DNA of 63,991 nucleotides, filler included, from Bonamia ostreae (Eukaryota): NCBI GenBank assembly GCA_040357525.1. It is 33 parts of 33 records of this genome, joined end to end, with 100 filler letters (N's around TTAATTAATTAA, not from the genome) between each part and the next. Parts side by side here need not be neighbours in the genome. Positions count along the whole stretch, not along the records: positions 52,512 to 54,342 come from JBDODL010001285.1; positions 54,443 to 56,273 come from JBDODL010001286.1; positions 56,374 to 58,204 come from JBDODL010001287.1; positions 58,305 to 60,134 come from JBDODL010001288.1; positions 60,235 to 62,063 come from JBDODL010001289.1; positions 62,164 to 63,991 come from JBDODL010001290.1; 27 more parts are not named here. One strand, 5' to 3'. Shown piece by piece: positions 52,810 to 63,930 of this stretch (position 1 is its first letter; each line of letters starts with the position of its first letter). The notes under the pieces were generated by a model. It saw only the letters and a program-made list of their open reading frames with translations, ran no database searches and was not told where the DNA came from. The position numbers and the translations under genes were made by a program.

Positions 52810-53290
52810 CTTCAGTTTCTTCAACGTAAATTTCCCACATGTTCATAGGAATGTTCCATTATCACCTGCATACATTGTTTATAAAACCTCATCTGCTTTG
52901 ATGCCAGCATTATGTTCTATGTGTATTCAGGCTAAAATAAGGGGATGATATAGGGGTTTAAACACTCTCGTACAAAATCAACATATTGCAATTCCCACGG
53001 CTGTTATAACGTTCCTAGTTACAAATACATCTTATCATTAAATCCAATGATATATGACTTCTATCATACCAATATTTATGACGTTCTTTGTATAATGTTT
53101 CTGTATAAGAATCACTCCGTTTACCTGATCAAAGTATACGGCCAATAGTAGATGTGACCGATCTGAAGTGGATGTTTGATCCTCCTAGGCACCTGACTCA
53201 TTTCTGGTACGTCCAGAGGTCCACATTTGCCCTACTATCAATTTGTATTCTTTATAGGAATTGTGAGATTGTTCACTGATCTTCATCTTT
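52810..53290 (+). mobile_element. Degenerate Penelope-like retroelement remnant (host)
   Basis: FSFFNVNFPHVHRNVPLSPAYIVY resembles the FxIVNFPxLxSNIPxxPAYGVY motif; followed by the repeat also seen at 44020. Confidence 0.55.
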
Positions 53291-54442
53291 CCTTTTTTTC
53301 ATTTTGTGGACAGTGGTGATTGAAAGGTAGGGGTAAATGCATATTTCTATATATACATTTATCCACTTATTCCCTGCGTTTTATGTATCCAAATAGCAGG
53401 AACTCTGTTTAATTCAATAATTATACAACCTATCTTAAGTAGGATTCTGCGAATTTTACAGGAAGGGGGAATCAATTGATGTTGATACTGTTATCATTAA
53501 TCATTATGTGTGAGAACAAACCTCAAATCTAACGATGTTCGACTGTTTTGTTGAATCGTTAACAATGCTAGTCATTTTACATCCCCTGGTGTTTGTAGAG
53601 TAATCTGTACAGGCTTAACCTTTGTAATTTCTTGATATTTCAATTATATGACATATTTTGTTTGATATATATTGCAGGAATTTGGAAATGAATAAATGTT
53701 GGGTGCCGTAACTGACATATGTATACTCAGACGAAAATACAGATGAGATTATTTCTGGTATATAAAAAACTAATTCTGGCTTAACAATGGACGTCTACTT
53801 AGCGACATGAATTCTGGCGACATGATAACATATTTGTGAAATGTCATTTTTACTAACATTATATAATTTGGGTAACTTTAACATTTATCACATTTTTGAT
53901 GACAACTATTTTTATCGCAAAAATCACTATTATTGAGGGAAGCAAACAAATGCGGACTTCATCGCGTCCGAACTTAAGTTTACCCTACATATGGTTACTT
54001 CACCACATCTGTAAATCTTAAAGCTGGATCTGAATAACTTTAAATTGGATTAGCTTGATGATATAGTGAAAAAAAAAAGAAACGTGATTAATTAGATAAA
54101 CCCCGTTGAATGTATAACTAGGCATCCGTTGCTCTGTTTTGTTTGACCGAGAAGCTGTGGTTGTACATACGTGTTTGTGTTTCAAATGAAAGCAACGCTT
54201 TTGTCATCCATTAGATTTATGAGATTGATTACTGATTGATCACTGATCATTTTACTTTTTCATGTGTTAAAACTACCCTACTTATTTATTCGATTGTTAG
54301 GACCTTATTGAATAGATTTCAACTACGGATAACTCCGTTTACNNNNNNNNNNNNNNNNNNNNNNNNNNNNNNNNNNNNNNNNNNNNTTAATTAATTAANN
54401 NNNNNNNNNNNNNNNNNNNNNNNNNNNNNNNNNNNNNNNNNN

Positions 54443-54779
54443 ATAAAATTTTGCTTTCATCTTTCTTATTAAATAAAATTTTGCTTTCATCTTTCTTATT
54501 AAATAAAATTTTGCTTTCATCTTTCTTTTTAAATAAAATTTTGTTTTCATCTTTCTTTATAGATAAAATTTTGTTTTCATCATTTTGATCAATTTTCCCA
54601 AAATTATCAAACAAAATATCGTTTTTAGTATTATTATTTAAAATATTGTCTTCGGAAATAGTTTTATTAATTTTGAAAAAATTTGGCAAATATTTGTTTT
54701 TTTGAGCGTTTTCAGCGGGATTCTTGAAATATATCGATGGGGGATTACTAGGATCACCCGACGATTTTTTAATGAACAT
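54443..54779 (-). CDS. Hypothetical protein N-terminus with a 30-bp coding tandem repeat (KKDESKILFN)
   Basis: At least 4 copies of ATAAAATTTTGYTTTCATCTTTCTT at 30-bp period, in frame. Confidence 0.6.
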
Positions 54780-55033
54780 TTCTAAAGAAAATCGTATTTT
54801 ATATTGCTTTACTTAAAAATTTTGAATTTTAGATTTTATTCTGATCAAGCAAAAATTAGCCGAAAGAAAAATTGTATTGCCGTTGTTTAAATACACTATC
54901 TTAAAAGTGTTTTCAATCCTTAAATACAAAGACCATGTTCGAAATACGTCGCAGTGCACCAGCACAAGCTTAGAATTTTTGGTTACTTAGACAAAAACGA
55001 TAAACGAACAAAATGAACGAATCTTTAATGTTG

Positions 55034-55567
55034 TTATATTTCCTTATTAATGATCGAGTCCTTCACCATTTTGTAAACTTCCAATTCCAATTTGGCTTCG
55101 TTCGCTATTTTTTCGTCTTCCGATTTGGCGCTTTCTTTGCAAAGACTTTCGCCTTGCTTTATTTTGTTTTCGTCGATATCTTCAAATTTGATCGCCGAAA
55201 AAGCCATTATTTCCGCACTCGAATCCGCGTGCAAAGTGGCATATCCGCTGCTCACCAAAAAACTCCTCGCCCCGTCTTCGTCATGTACTCGCATGATGCC
55301 CGGGATCAGTTCTTGGATCGTCGGGATGTGTCCTCCGTTGATGGTCATCATGCCATCCGCGGTAGACATATATATACTTGTGACGTCAACGTCCTTATAA
55401 AGTGTAGACGTTGGCGTTGAAAAGGTCAGTTTAAGTTTATTTGGAATTACGTTTTGTTTCGTCGGCTTCGGAAATGTTCGCTCTTTTTTTGCAGCGGAAA
55501 ATGAGCGACTGCTTATTTTGCGAAAAGTTCTACAGTTTGGCAGCACAAAATGTTTTAATGAGTACAT
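55034..55567 (-). CDS. ATP5F1D: Mitochondrial ATP synthase F1 delta subunit, intronless, with presequence
   Basis: Arg/Ser-rich presequence; LKLTFSTP...GHIPTIQELIPGIMRV...FLVSSGYATLHADS...EAKLELEV. Confidence 0.9.
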   Translation of the reverse strand: MYSLKHFVLPNCRTFRKISSRSFSAAKKERTFPKPTKQNVIPNKLKLTFSTPTSTLYKDVDVTSIYMSTADGMMTINGGHIPTIQELIPGIMRVHDEDGARSFLVSSGYATLHADSSAEIMAFSAIKFEDIDENKIKQGESLCKESAKSEDEKIANEAKLELEVYKMVKDSIINKEI

Positions 55568-56373
55568 TCGGCTAAATGTATTTAAAGCTTTTATTGCTTT
55601 TTTTTCTTCTATTGTTAATAATATTTTTTGGCTAAAATGTGGGATAAATTTGTTTGATGGCTCATATTTTTAGTAGATAATTAGTCAATAAAGATTTTTT
55701 ATACGTTAAAGATTTTTTAATCAAAAATCAATTAAATTTGAGAACTGTCGTTTTTGTATTTTATCCATTAAAAAGAAAAATTTATAGCAAAATATTTTAT
55801 CGTTAGTAAAAGTTAATTTTACGAAAAAAAAGGTACAAAAGTTATCCAAAATCTTTTCTGGTTCCGAGCAAACTGTTCTCGATTTCCGAAATGGCCTTTC
55901 GCTTAGATTTGCATTTAGTTCTCAATCGCTGTAGAATGACAATTTTTCTTCTCAATTCATTCCACAATTTTACTGTGAAAACAGTGCTCACTTTTAACGG
56001 TTCTGTTTTTTCGTAATTCAACATCGAAAATAAATATTCGTTTAAATGCTGCGCGCAGGAATCTGACATTTTTAAAAATGGCGCATTTATTTGCGATGAA
56101 ATGATTTGACTTTTTGAGTCGTTTTTTTTAAGGTCGAGATCCGAAATGTATTTTTTTTGCCAATTTTAGTCGATGGAATTTATGGTTTTAGTTGGAAAAT
56201 TAAACATTTTAGATGTTTTTTAATTCTGCGTGTTTTTATGCTTCGACGTCTATTTTATTCTTTATTTTGCTGANNNNNNNNNNNNNNNNNNNNNNNNNNN
56301 NNNNNNNNNNNNNNNNNTTAATTAATTAANNNNNNNNNNNNNNNNNNNNNNNNNNNNNNNNNNNNNNNNNNNN

Positions 56374-56479
56374 CTTCGGTGGTGTAAGGTCTGAGAAGAT
56401 CCAATAATTCTTCAGTCGTATAATCAGAGTTGACAAAAGAACAGAAAAGGTTGAATCCAACAAGAATGAAAAAGATCAT
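56374..56479 (-). CDS. N-terminus of a putative secreted protist protein
   Basis: AAAAATG start, MIFFILVGFNLFCSFVNS-DYTTEELL; open to contig end. Confidence 0.5.
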
Positions 56480-56910
56480 TTTTTTTGTTTATAATCAAAT
56501 TGCTTTATATTTCAATATGGCTCTCTTGAGATTGTCGTAAATTAAGCATTTAATTTCAAAATATTTCTATATTTTAAAAAATGACTCCTTTAGAGCATGT
56601 ACACCTTAAAAATTCTTAGATTGTTGTTGTAATTTTTAATATCTAAATTTTGTCAAATTTGTGGCTTTGGCGAGGGTTTTGATTGATTTTAAATGAGTCT
56701 ACGAGAATAAAGAAAGCTCCTCTACATATTTTTCGAATATAAAAAATATTTTACAAATATTTGCAAATGAGATTAAAGTTGAACGAAAATATTGGATGAA
56801 GATCTACAAATTTGCCAGAAGAAGAAAATTTGTTCGATTTTTATACTTAATAAAATTGATTTGTTTAAATCAGTAAAACTATTGACTGTTTATCTGGAAA
56901 GCCAACAATA

Positions 56911-57136
56911 AATATCAGAAGCAAATCATTTTTCTTCAAATCAAAATTGCGATTGGACAAGATATTACTTTTGATGTACGAATGGAGCATAAATAGCTCT
57001 GTGAAAGATATTTCAAGAAAAATAGAGATCGAAAAAAACTGTTGATCGGTGCAGATTTTTAAGAGAAGTCGCTATAATTAAATACGAAAATAAAATCGGC
57101 GACGAAAATTTGATCGTTCAAATTGACGAATCGGTC
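56911..57136 (+). mobile_element. Frameshifted Merlin/IS1595 (ISXO2-like) transposase remnant
   Basis: IRSKSFFFKSKLRLDKILLLMYEW, then a shift to TVDRCRFLREV...KIGDENLIVQIDES (consensus KIGGxGxIVEIDES). Confidence 0.7.
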
Positions 57137-57361
57137 ACGATTTTGCAGAAATTAATTTTTATTAAAATTGAAGAAAATTCTTCAACCGTCATTGAAAAAA
57201 TGGCCATTTATTTGTACTCACAAGGGCCGGTTTGGGGTAGATGCTATTCTCCACTTTTACCTTATATTTAATGAGTACTCATTAAATCTTAATTAATAGC
57301 GAAAAACATTTAGCTTTGACTTTCTTACCTAAAGCCGATATAGTTTCCTAAACAACAATTC

Positions 57362-57960
57362 ATGAACTGCAACATTAGCGGCGAGGTTTGCGAAATCCCC
57401 GTGATAAGCCCGTTCGGTCACGTGTTTGAAAAAAATCTCATCGAGAAACACATCAAGGAAACCGGGAAATGTCCAGTAACTGAGCAAAGTCTGAAAATCG
57501 AGGACATGATCCAAATAAAACCTTCCAACAGAGCAGCAAAGCCACGTCCGCCCACTGCCACCTCTTTGGCTTCGCTGCTGAAACTTTTCCAGAACCAAGT
57601 TAGATCTGTTACTTTTAGTGGGATTCAACCATGTTGGAGACTTTCACGCTCAAAAAGCAGTTCGAGAGTGTAAAACAAGAGCTCAGCAATTCGCTCTACC
57701 AATACGACGCTGCTTGCCGCGTCATTGCGCGGTTGATAAAAGAAAGAGACGAGGCGAAACAGTTTTTTGCTAAACAGTAGAGCGTTGGCGGACACACAGA
57801 AAAACATGGCGGCGGTCATTGCCACGACAGAAAAATCTGAAAGCGACCCGTTTTCTTCGGCTTTGCGCCTAATCTCAGAAAACGCCAAATCGCTTTCAAA
57901 ACAAAGGAAAAAGATGCGAAAAGAAATCGCTGCTAAGATCATTCCGTTATCTTCGATAAG
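57362..57960 (+). CDS. PRPF19: Pre-mRNA processing factor 19, N-terminal part; introns 57599-57618 and 57762-57780
   Basis: U-box CNISGE...[13 protein letters not shown]...[15 protein letters not shown]...FQNQ-WD...[20 protein letters not shown]. Confidence 0.95.
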
Positions 57961-58304
57961 TTTTGTAGTTCGATGCTAATTTAGTTTTATTTTTGTAGTT
58001 TACTTTGGATAATTTTTTTTTGTGGTTTTTATTTTTTTTCCTGTGCTTTTTTATTTTGTTTTAAATTGTTTTGTTTTTTATTTTTTTTTTTAATTTTTTA
58101 TTTTTCTGTTTTTTTTATTTTTATATTTCTTCAATTATTTTTACTAATGTTAGTTGTGTAATTTGATTTTATTTTTATTAAAATGTTTTTGAATTGTCTC
58201 TTCANNNNNNNNNNNNNNNNNNNNNNNNNNNNNNNNNNNNNNNNNNNNTTAATTAATTAANNNNNNNNNNNNNNNNNNNNNNNNNNNNNNNNNNNNNNNN
58301 NNNN

Positions 58305-59642
58305 ACCACCTGATGTCTTTTCTGTAAATCCTGACAGCGGGGGGCTATGCGAGTCATCGAATTGTGAGGAAGTCATTGTAGAGGGGAACATGTTTCTGGA
58401 TAGAAAAAATCTTACCTGCAAATTGAGAAGATTCCAGGTTCAAGTTACTTCAATAATTTTAGTCTTATATACACAACTTGTGCAGAAGTAAAGTACTTCA
58501 TTCCATAGTGTTCATTCTGTAAGCGAGTAATGTATGGCGTGAGTCTCGATCAAAACATTTTATACAATATCTGCACCCAAGGCGAATATTATGCTGCAGT
58601 TATATCTTTGATTCTTTAGTTTATCACTGTAAAGACATTCATACTTTCATGCAAAAAGAAAACCCACATTTTCATACTCTCGTTTGTTTGAATAAAATAT
58701 GCTATATGACATATACATATAGGCATTTCACGATATAGAGTAGAAGAGTAAAGCACCATTTTTGTATTGTTCCGTATCTATCTGTGTCGATTCAGCTGAC
58801 GTTGCAAAAGTTATGATATGAATAAAATTAATTGGTTTGATGGGAACTTTAAATAATGTACAATTAATGACACCAATTAACTGAATTTTAGCTGATTCAA
58901 TTTGAATCTATGGACTTTTCAGGCCTCAATAACAAACTCCAAGATATACTATGAAACGGTTATCACGACGGGTGCTCATAACACTATTGCGGAGGTCCGA
59001 TGCAATGTACCAAAGACTGAACACAAACGATCAACAAGTACCACAGGGGAGCATTTTGTGACAGGCTATATAATCTCAATTAGTAATAACGCTAAGGACT
59101 ACAGCTCAGGTCACATGATGTATATTCTAGACCCTACGTGTCAGGATACTGTGAATGTGTCAGGGAAACTCAGATTCGCTTTAAAAGTACATACAATTCT
59201 TTGGATTTACATGTATTACAATGCATTAGTGAGATTAACACCAGCTTAAGAGTTCATTTTATTTCTCTATGTTTATGATGTACTGATATCTATTTACAGG
59301 ATAACTATTGTTTTATTAACGGCCACTGCGTACCAAAAGATGCGGAATATGGTTCAAACACATGTTATGTCTGCGATATACAGTCAAACGTTTTTGCATG
59401 GACAATTAATATTACGAAGCAAGGTATATATGTATAATGATAACAATGTGATATTTGCCTACTTTGCTATTTAATCGAAGCATAATGAATTATAATTCAA
59501 GCATTGTATTTTAAGGTTGTGAGTCTTTTTTGATGATGAAGAAAGATGATGGGGAAACATTAACATGGACAATAGTTCTTGTCAGTGTTGCCGTCTTATT
59601 GGTTATCGCAGTTATCATCATTGGGGTCAAATTAAAGAACAG
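58305..59642 (+). CDS. Host VWD-and-EGF-domain (VWDE)-like protein, four internal exons
   Basis: PPDV...GGLCESSNC...GNMFL...LTC; GYIISISNN...YILDPTCQD; DNYCFINGHC...TCYVC...FAWT. Confidence 0.65.
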
Positions 59643-61000
59643 GTAACAAACAAATCTTTTATCATATACGAAAGGGAAAGAGATAAAGAAGTCATCCGAA
59701 CGTTACACATATTTCTAAACGAGAAAATATTCGATTGTCACTATGCAGGTGTATATCTTCATTTCAGGGGAAAAGTTGAAAACTTCGGCAATGTTCGACC
59801 ACCCCATGCTGATTCATCGAAACCTAAACTAAATTTCGCAACATCTAAATGTTACACATAATTTGAAATGCGTGTGTGGACTTTTTATATCGATGAATTT
59901 CTCATATATGTACATGTAAATGATGATGATTATAAACGAGTTAAGTTTCCCCCCCCCCCCCCCTCCCCCTCTATCAAAATGTTTTTTGTTGCAACTGTTA
60001 AAGTAACCTCATGGTTTAGAAAGGCAACTAGATATGGATAATATATGTACATTAGAATTATTTGAAAGCCTTTTGGTTTATCTATTGGGGATTTGGTTTA
60101 TAATAGGCTCTCAGTACCCCTTGCTTGTAGTAAGNNNNNNNNNNNNNNNNNNNNNNNNNNNNNNNNNNNNNNNNNNNNTTAATTAATTAANNNNNNNNNN
60201 NNNNNNNNNNNNNNNNNNNNNNNNNNNNNNNNNNTGTAAATTGATTTAAATATTTTATAGCAAAATGTTGTTTGGCAATGTGTTGAAACGGAAATAATTT
60301 TGTTACCGAATATGTGCTTCAATTTTATCAAACAGAATATAAACAAAACGATTAAAAACAGCAAAATCGAAAATTGTTTTGAATAAAAATTTGACACTAA
60401 TAAACTCGCTGTCGCCGATTCATATTTTCAAAAAGAAAAAAAATTTCCAAAACCTCTTTTTCGGTTTCTCGAATAGACGATAAAACTAAAATCTTCTTCT
60501 TTCCGAAATATTTTTTGATGTTCATCGCTTTCCTTTTTATTAATTTACATAAAGGGCCGGAATCCATCAACGTTTAATTTTAGACCGTTTTGAATATTTT
60601 GTCTTATTTTGAACTTGCTTAGAGGCATTGCTACAGATAACCTGGAAATTTATCTTATAAACCATTTAAACGCGCTTGTTAAAAACGACACAATTAGATA
60701 ATTGTTTTAAAATTCATCGCTCCAATTTGAAGTCAATGAAAATGATAATTTGATAAAGAATTTCGAATTTAATACAATTCAAAATTTTTTGATCTTATTT
60801 AAATAGTTCAGCTTGTTTTGTCAAATGTCGCGTGATTTGCAAAAAGATATGAAAGCGATATTATTATAATTTTGTTGATCAAATTGGTAATGAAAATGAT
60901 ATTTCCATCGAAGGTTATGAAAACGAAGACGATAGCGATTAAATGCAACGAAAACATTTTTCGTTCAAACGACATGAAAATTTTAAAATGAGCATGAAAA

Positions 61001-61159
61001 GGATCGGCGCAATGACGCACGACCCGCTTAAAAAAATTACGCTGTTGTGCGGGCAAAAAAGCCGGCACACGCCGTTTCACATCTGCCGAGGTGCCATGGC
61101 AGTGCTCTTCGACGACCCACGCTCTTCTTGATCGGCGGAGGGTCCAGCGATGTTTTGCA
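61001..61159 (-). ncRNA. U1: U1 spliceosomal snRNA with a variant 5' splice-site recognition arm
   Basis: In order on the minus strand: helix H CGCTG/CAGCG; SL1 GACCC/GGGTC with loop GATCAAGAAG; SL2 CTGCC/GGCAG with loop ATGGCACCTC; SL3 TGTGC/GCACA; Sm site AATTTTTTTA; SL4 GGGTCG/CGATCC; ~159 nt. Confidence 0.9.
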
Positions 61160-61177
61160 GAATAGGCAAATCGCTAA

Positions 61178-61187
61178 TATTTATATA
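61178..61187 (-). promoter_or_regulatory. TATA-like box about 26 nt upstream of the U1 5' end
   Basis: TATATAAATA on the minus strand in the 71-bp U1/NOC3 gap. Confidence 0.5.
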
Positions 61188-61230
61188 TCGAGACTTGTCC
61201 TCAAATTTATGGGATTTTTAAAATTTAGCA

Positions 61231-62063
61231 ATGTTTAAAAGCGAATCTGATGTTAAACGGGTGGCCGCTGCTGTCATCGGCAATCCAAGCGAACACGTTT
61301 CCACATTGACATTAAGTTTAAAGATTTGAAAGCTTTGGTAAAGTTTGCTATTAAGTTCGGGGACTCTAAGTTAGGTCTAATGTCGATATTATGTCTAACC
61401 CAGGTGTTCAGAGACATTTCGCCTTCCTATCCTGTCGTTCGCGACACCGACGACAGTAAAAGCTCTAAACGGCTTTCGAAATCTATTATGGAACGTAGAT
61501 TATTAGAGGACTCGATCCTTAGACATTATAAAAACTTTGTCTTCTTTTTAATTTCAAACGTACAGAAACCGAAAAGCAAATCTCAGAAAAATAAGTCGTC
61601 CGGGAACATCTCCAAAACGAGCATTTATTCATTGTGCTCTTTAATCGATTCTCTTTATTCCTTCAACTTTAGCGAGAAAATAGCAAAATCCCTCATTTCC
61701 CGTATGAGCGCCGAGAAAAACCGTCCTTATTTAGCAAAATTGATTTCTGACACGCTTTCCAATTTGGCCAAACGAGGAGAAAAAGTATCTCTAATTGTAA
61801 CTAAAACGATCTTGTCAAAACTGAACAAAAAATCTTTTAAGAACAGTAAGCAGTCCTTTAACCAAATTAAAGTCATTTGCGCTTTCAAAAGTCGCAAAAC
61901 GGTTTTCGACGAAGAAAGTCATTTTAGCAAAAACTACAAAAACGATTGTCGTCTCGTTCAACAAAACGTCTTAAAATTCCTAATCGCCCTTATCCAACAC
62001 AACTTTTTTAATAAAGAGGAAAGTCTTGTTGTCATAACACATCTAAAACAGTTTTTTTTGGCA
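61231..62063 (+). CDS. NOC3L: Nucleolar complex protein 3, N-terminal part; 20-nt intron 61297-61316
   Basis: VAAAVIGNPSEH...LTQVFRDISPSY...LSKSIMERRLLEDSILRHYKNFV...YSFNFSEKI. Confidence 0.78.
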
Positions 62064-63069
62064 NNNNNNNNNNNNNNNNNNNNNNNNNNNNNNNNNNNNN
62101 NNNNNNNTTAATTAATTAANNNNNNNNNNNNNNNNNNNNNNNNNNNNNNNNNNNNNNNNNNNNCGAAAACCCAATAAAACGCTACTTTCTTAAAGTGTCG
62201 GATCCAAGCAGAAGACACAAGGTCAGTAAAGAAATCCATTAAAAACATGTATATTTCTCCTGTAGTTTGATATTTTCAGCAAGTTTCCATATTGCAACTT
62301 GCTAATTTGCGCAGGTCTGGCTTGCAGAAACTCCTTGTATATACGTTTTTTCTTATAGTATTTCGATATGTGCCATTCAAGAATCAGTTTGTATAAAGTA
62401 TAAATATAACTAGTTTTCAAACTGCTGTAACTGCAGTAACTGAGTGAAACTTTAAACATCATTGTCCATGTTTGTTAATTCTACTTAAGTTTTAGTTCAC
62501 TTGCACTATTAGGTCAAGTGAACTTTTCACATGGTCTATGATTGACGCGCGTTTAGAATTTGGGGCCCTATCTTCAAAGAAGTATCGGTCAATTCCTTTC
62601 AAAGTTTCACCATGGCATCCCTGGACCAGGGGCTTTTACATGGGACATTTTTATAGGGGTCATCACTAAATGGGAGATAATTATACAAATACAGTAAAAC
62701 GTAGTTTTTAAAAAATCCTCTTCTTCAGAATCACCAGTCAGATTTTAATCAATTGTACAGGATAGGATAATTTTATATTGTTCAAGGCATTATCACCTGA
62801 CAAAGAGTGTGGAACCGAGGTGGGATCTAAGTTTGGGGAATTGATATTGTAAAACTCACAGATTTCACCATTATAAAATAATGAACAAATATTTATGAAA
62901 CTTGGTATGCATATGTCTTTGCTTTTGCAAGAAAAAAGCATTTTGACCAACTGTTTTAGATGTATTGATCTTGCCAGCCCCTCCCCCAAAAACTATTATA
63001 TTTTCTTTATTTTGGGGACAAATTAAATTATCTAGTATTATTAAAATATCGGTGTCATTTCTAAATTCC

Positions 63070-63930
63070 TGCCCAAAATCTTAATGATATCAAATAATTA
63101 AAATCGCTATTGGAATGAAGGAGAATCGATCATTTGATAGTGCCATCATAATTTTTGGCCACGAATGTACAAATGGCACCAAAACGCCAATGATATTACA
63201 TAAATCAATTCAATAATTTGATCTTTAAAAAAATACAATCTAAACTAGGAGAAAAAGTTCAACTGGAGCTGCTAATCATGATCTTTGGCCATGAATTTAA
63301 AAATGACATCGACATTTTAATGATACCAGGTAATTTAATTCTAAGAAAAATAAATCGCTAGAATCACTAACTAAATGAGGGAAAAGAGAACAACTGTGAC
63401 TGTCAAGCATATCTGGCCATGAATTTACGAATTTAAGCATTGAAATCATCATTTAAATGAGAGAAAAGCGGTCAACTGTAGTTTTAATAATTATCTCCGG
63501 CCATGAATTTACAAATGGCATCATAGCTTCAGTTATAGTACGTAAACTAATTTGTTGTTTTTTTATTTAAACCGCTAAAATAATCTAAATGAGGGAAATG
63601 GGTCGCCTTAGTTGCCAATTGTAATCTTTGACCATGAAAAGTCACCAAAATTCCAATGATATAATGTAATTTAATCGGAAAAATAAACCGCAAAAATCAC
63701 CATTTAAATAAACGAAAAAGGTCATCTGAGGCTGTCGATTATAATATCTGGTCATAGATTTACAAATGACATCAAACTTAGAGAATGGGAATCTTTAAAA
63801 AATAGAATCATCAAAATAACCATTTAAATGAGAGAAAAGCGGTAAATTGAAAGTGTCATTCATTATCTTTGGCCATGAGTTTGCGAAATGGCACCAACAT
63901 TTTAATGATATTAAATTAATGTAAATTGCA
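63070..63930. repeat. Diverged ~120-bp tandem repeat, about 7 units (host)
   Basis: TGGCCATGAATTTACAAATGGCA-like core recurs near 63157, 63286, 63414, 63499, 63629, 63749 and 63870. Confidence 0.8.

Noticed and set aside
56519-57228. Possible GGC-starting terminal inverted repeats around the Merlin remnant
   Set aside because: Only about 9 of 12 bases match and there is no target-site duplication
31213-61159. Apparent cluster of splicing genes (SMU1, DNAJC17, PRP19, U1)
   Set aside because: They lie on separate size-sorted contigs; co-occurrence is not linkage
60808-61238. Short ORFs 60808-61080, 60943-61131 and 61047-61238
   Set aside because: By-products of the GC-rich U1 gene; no protein motifs
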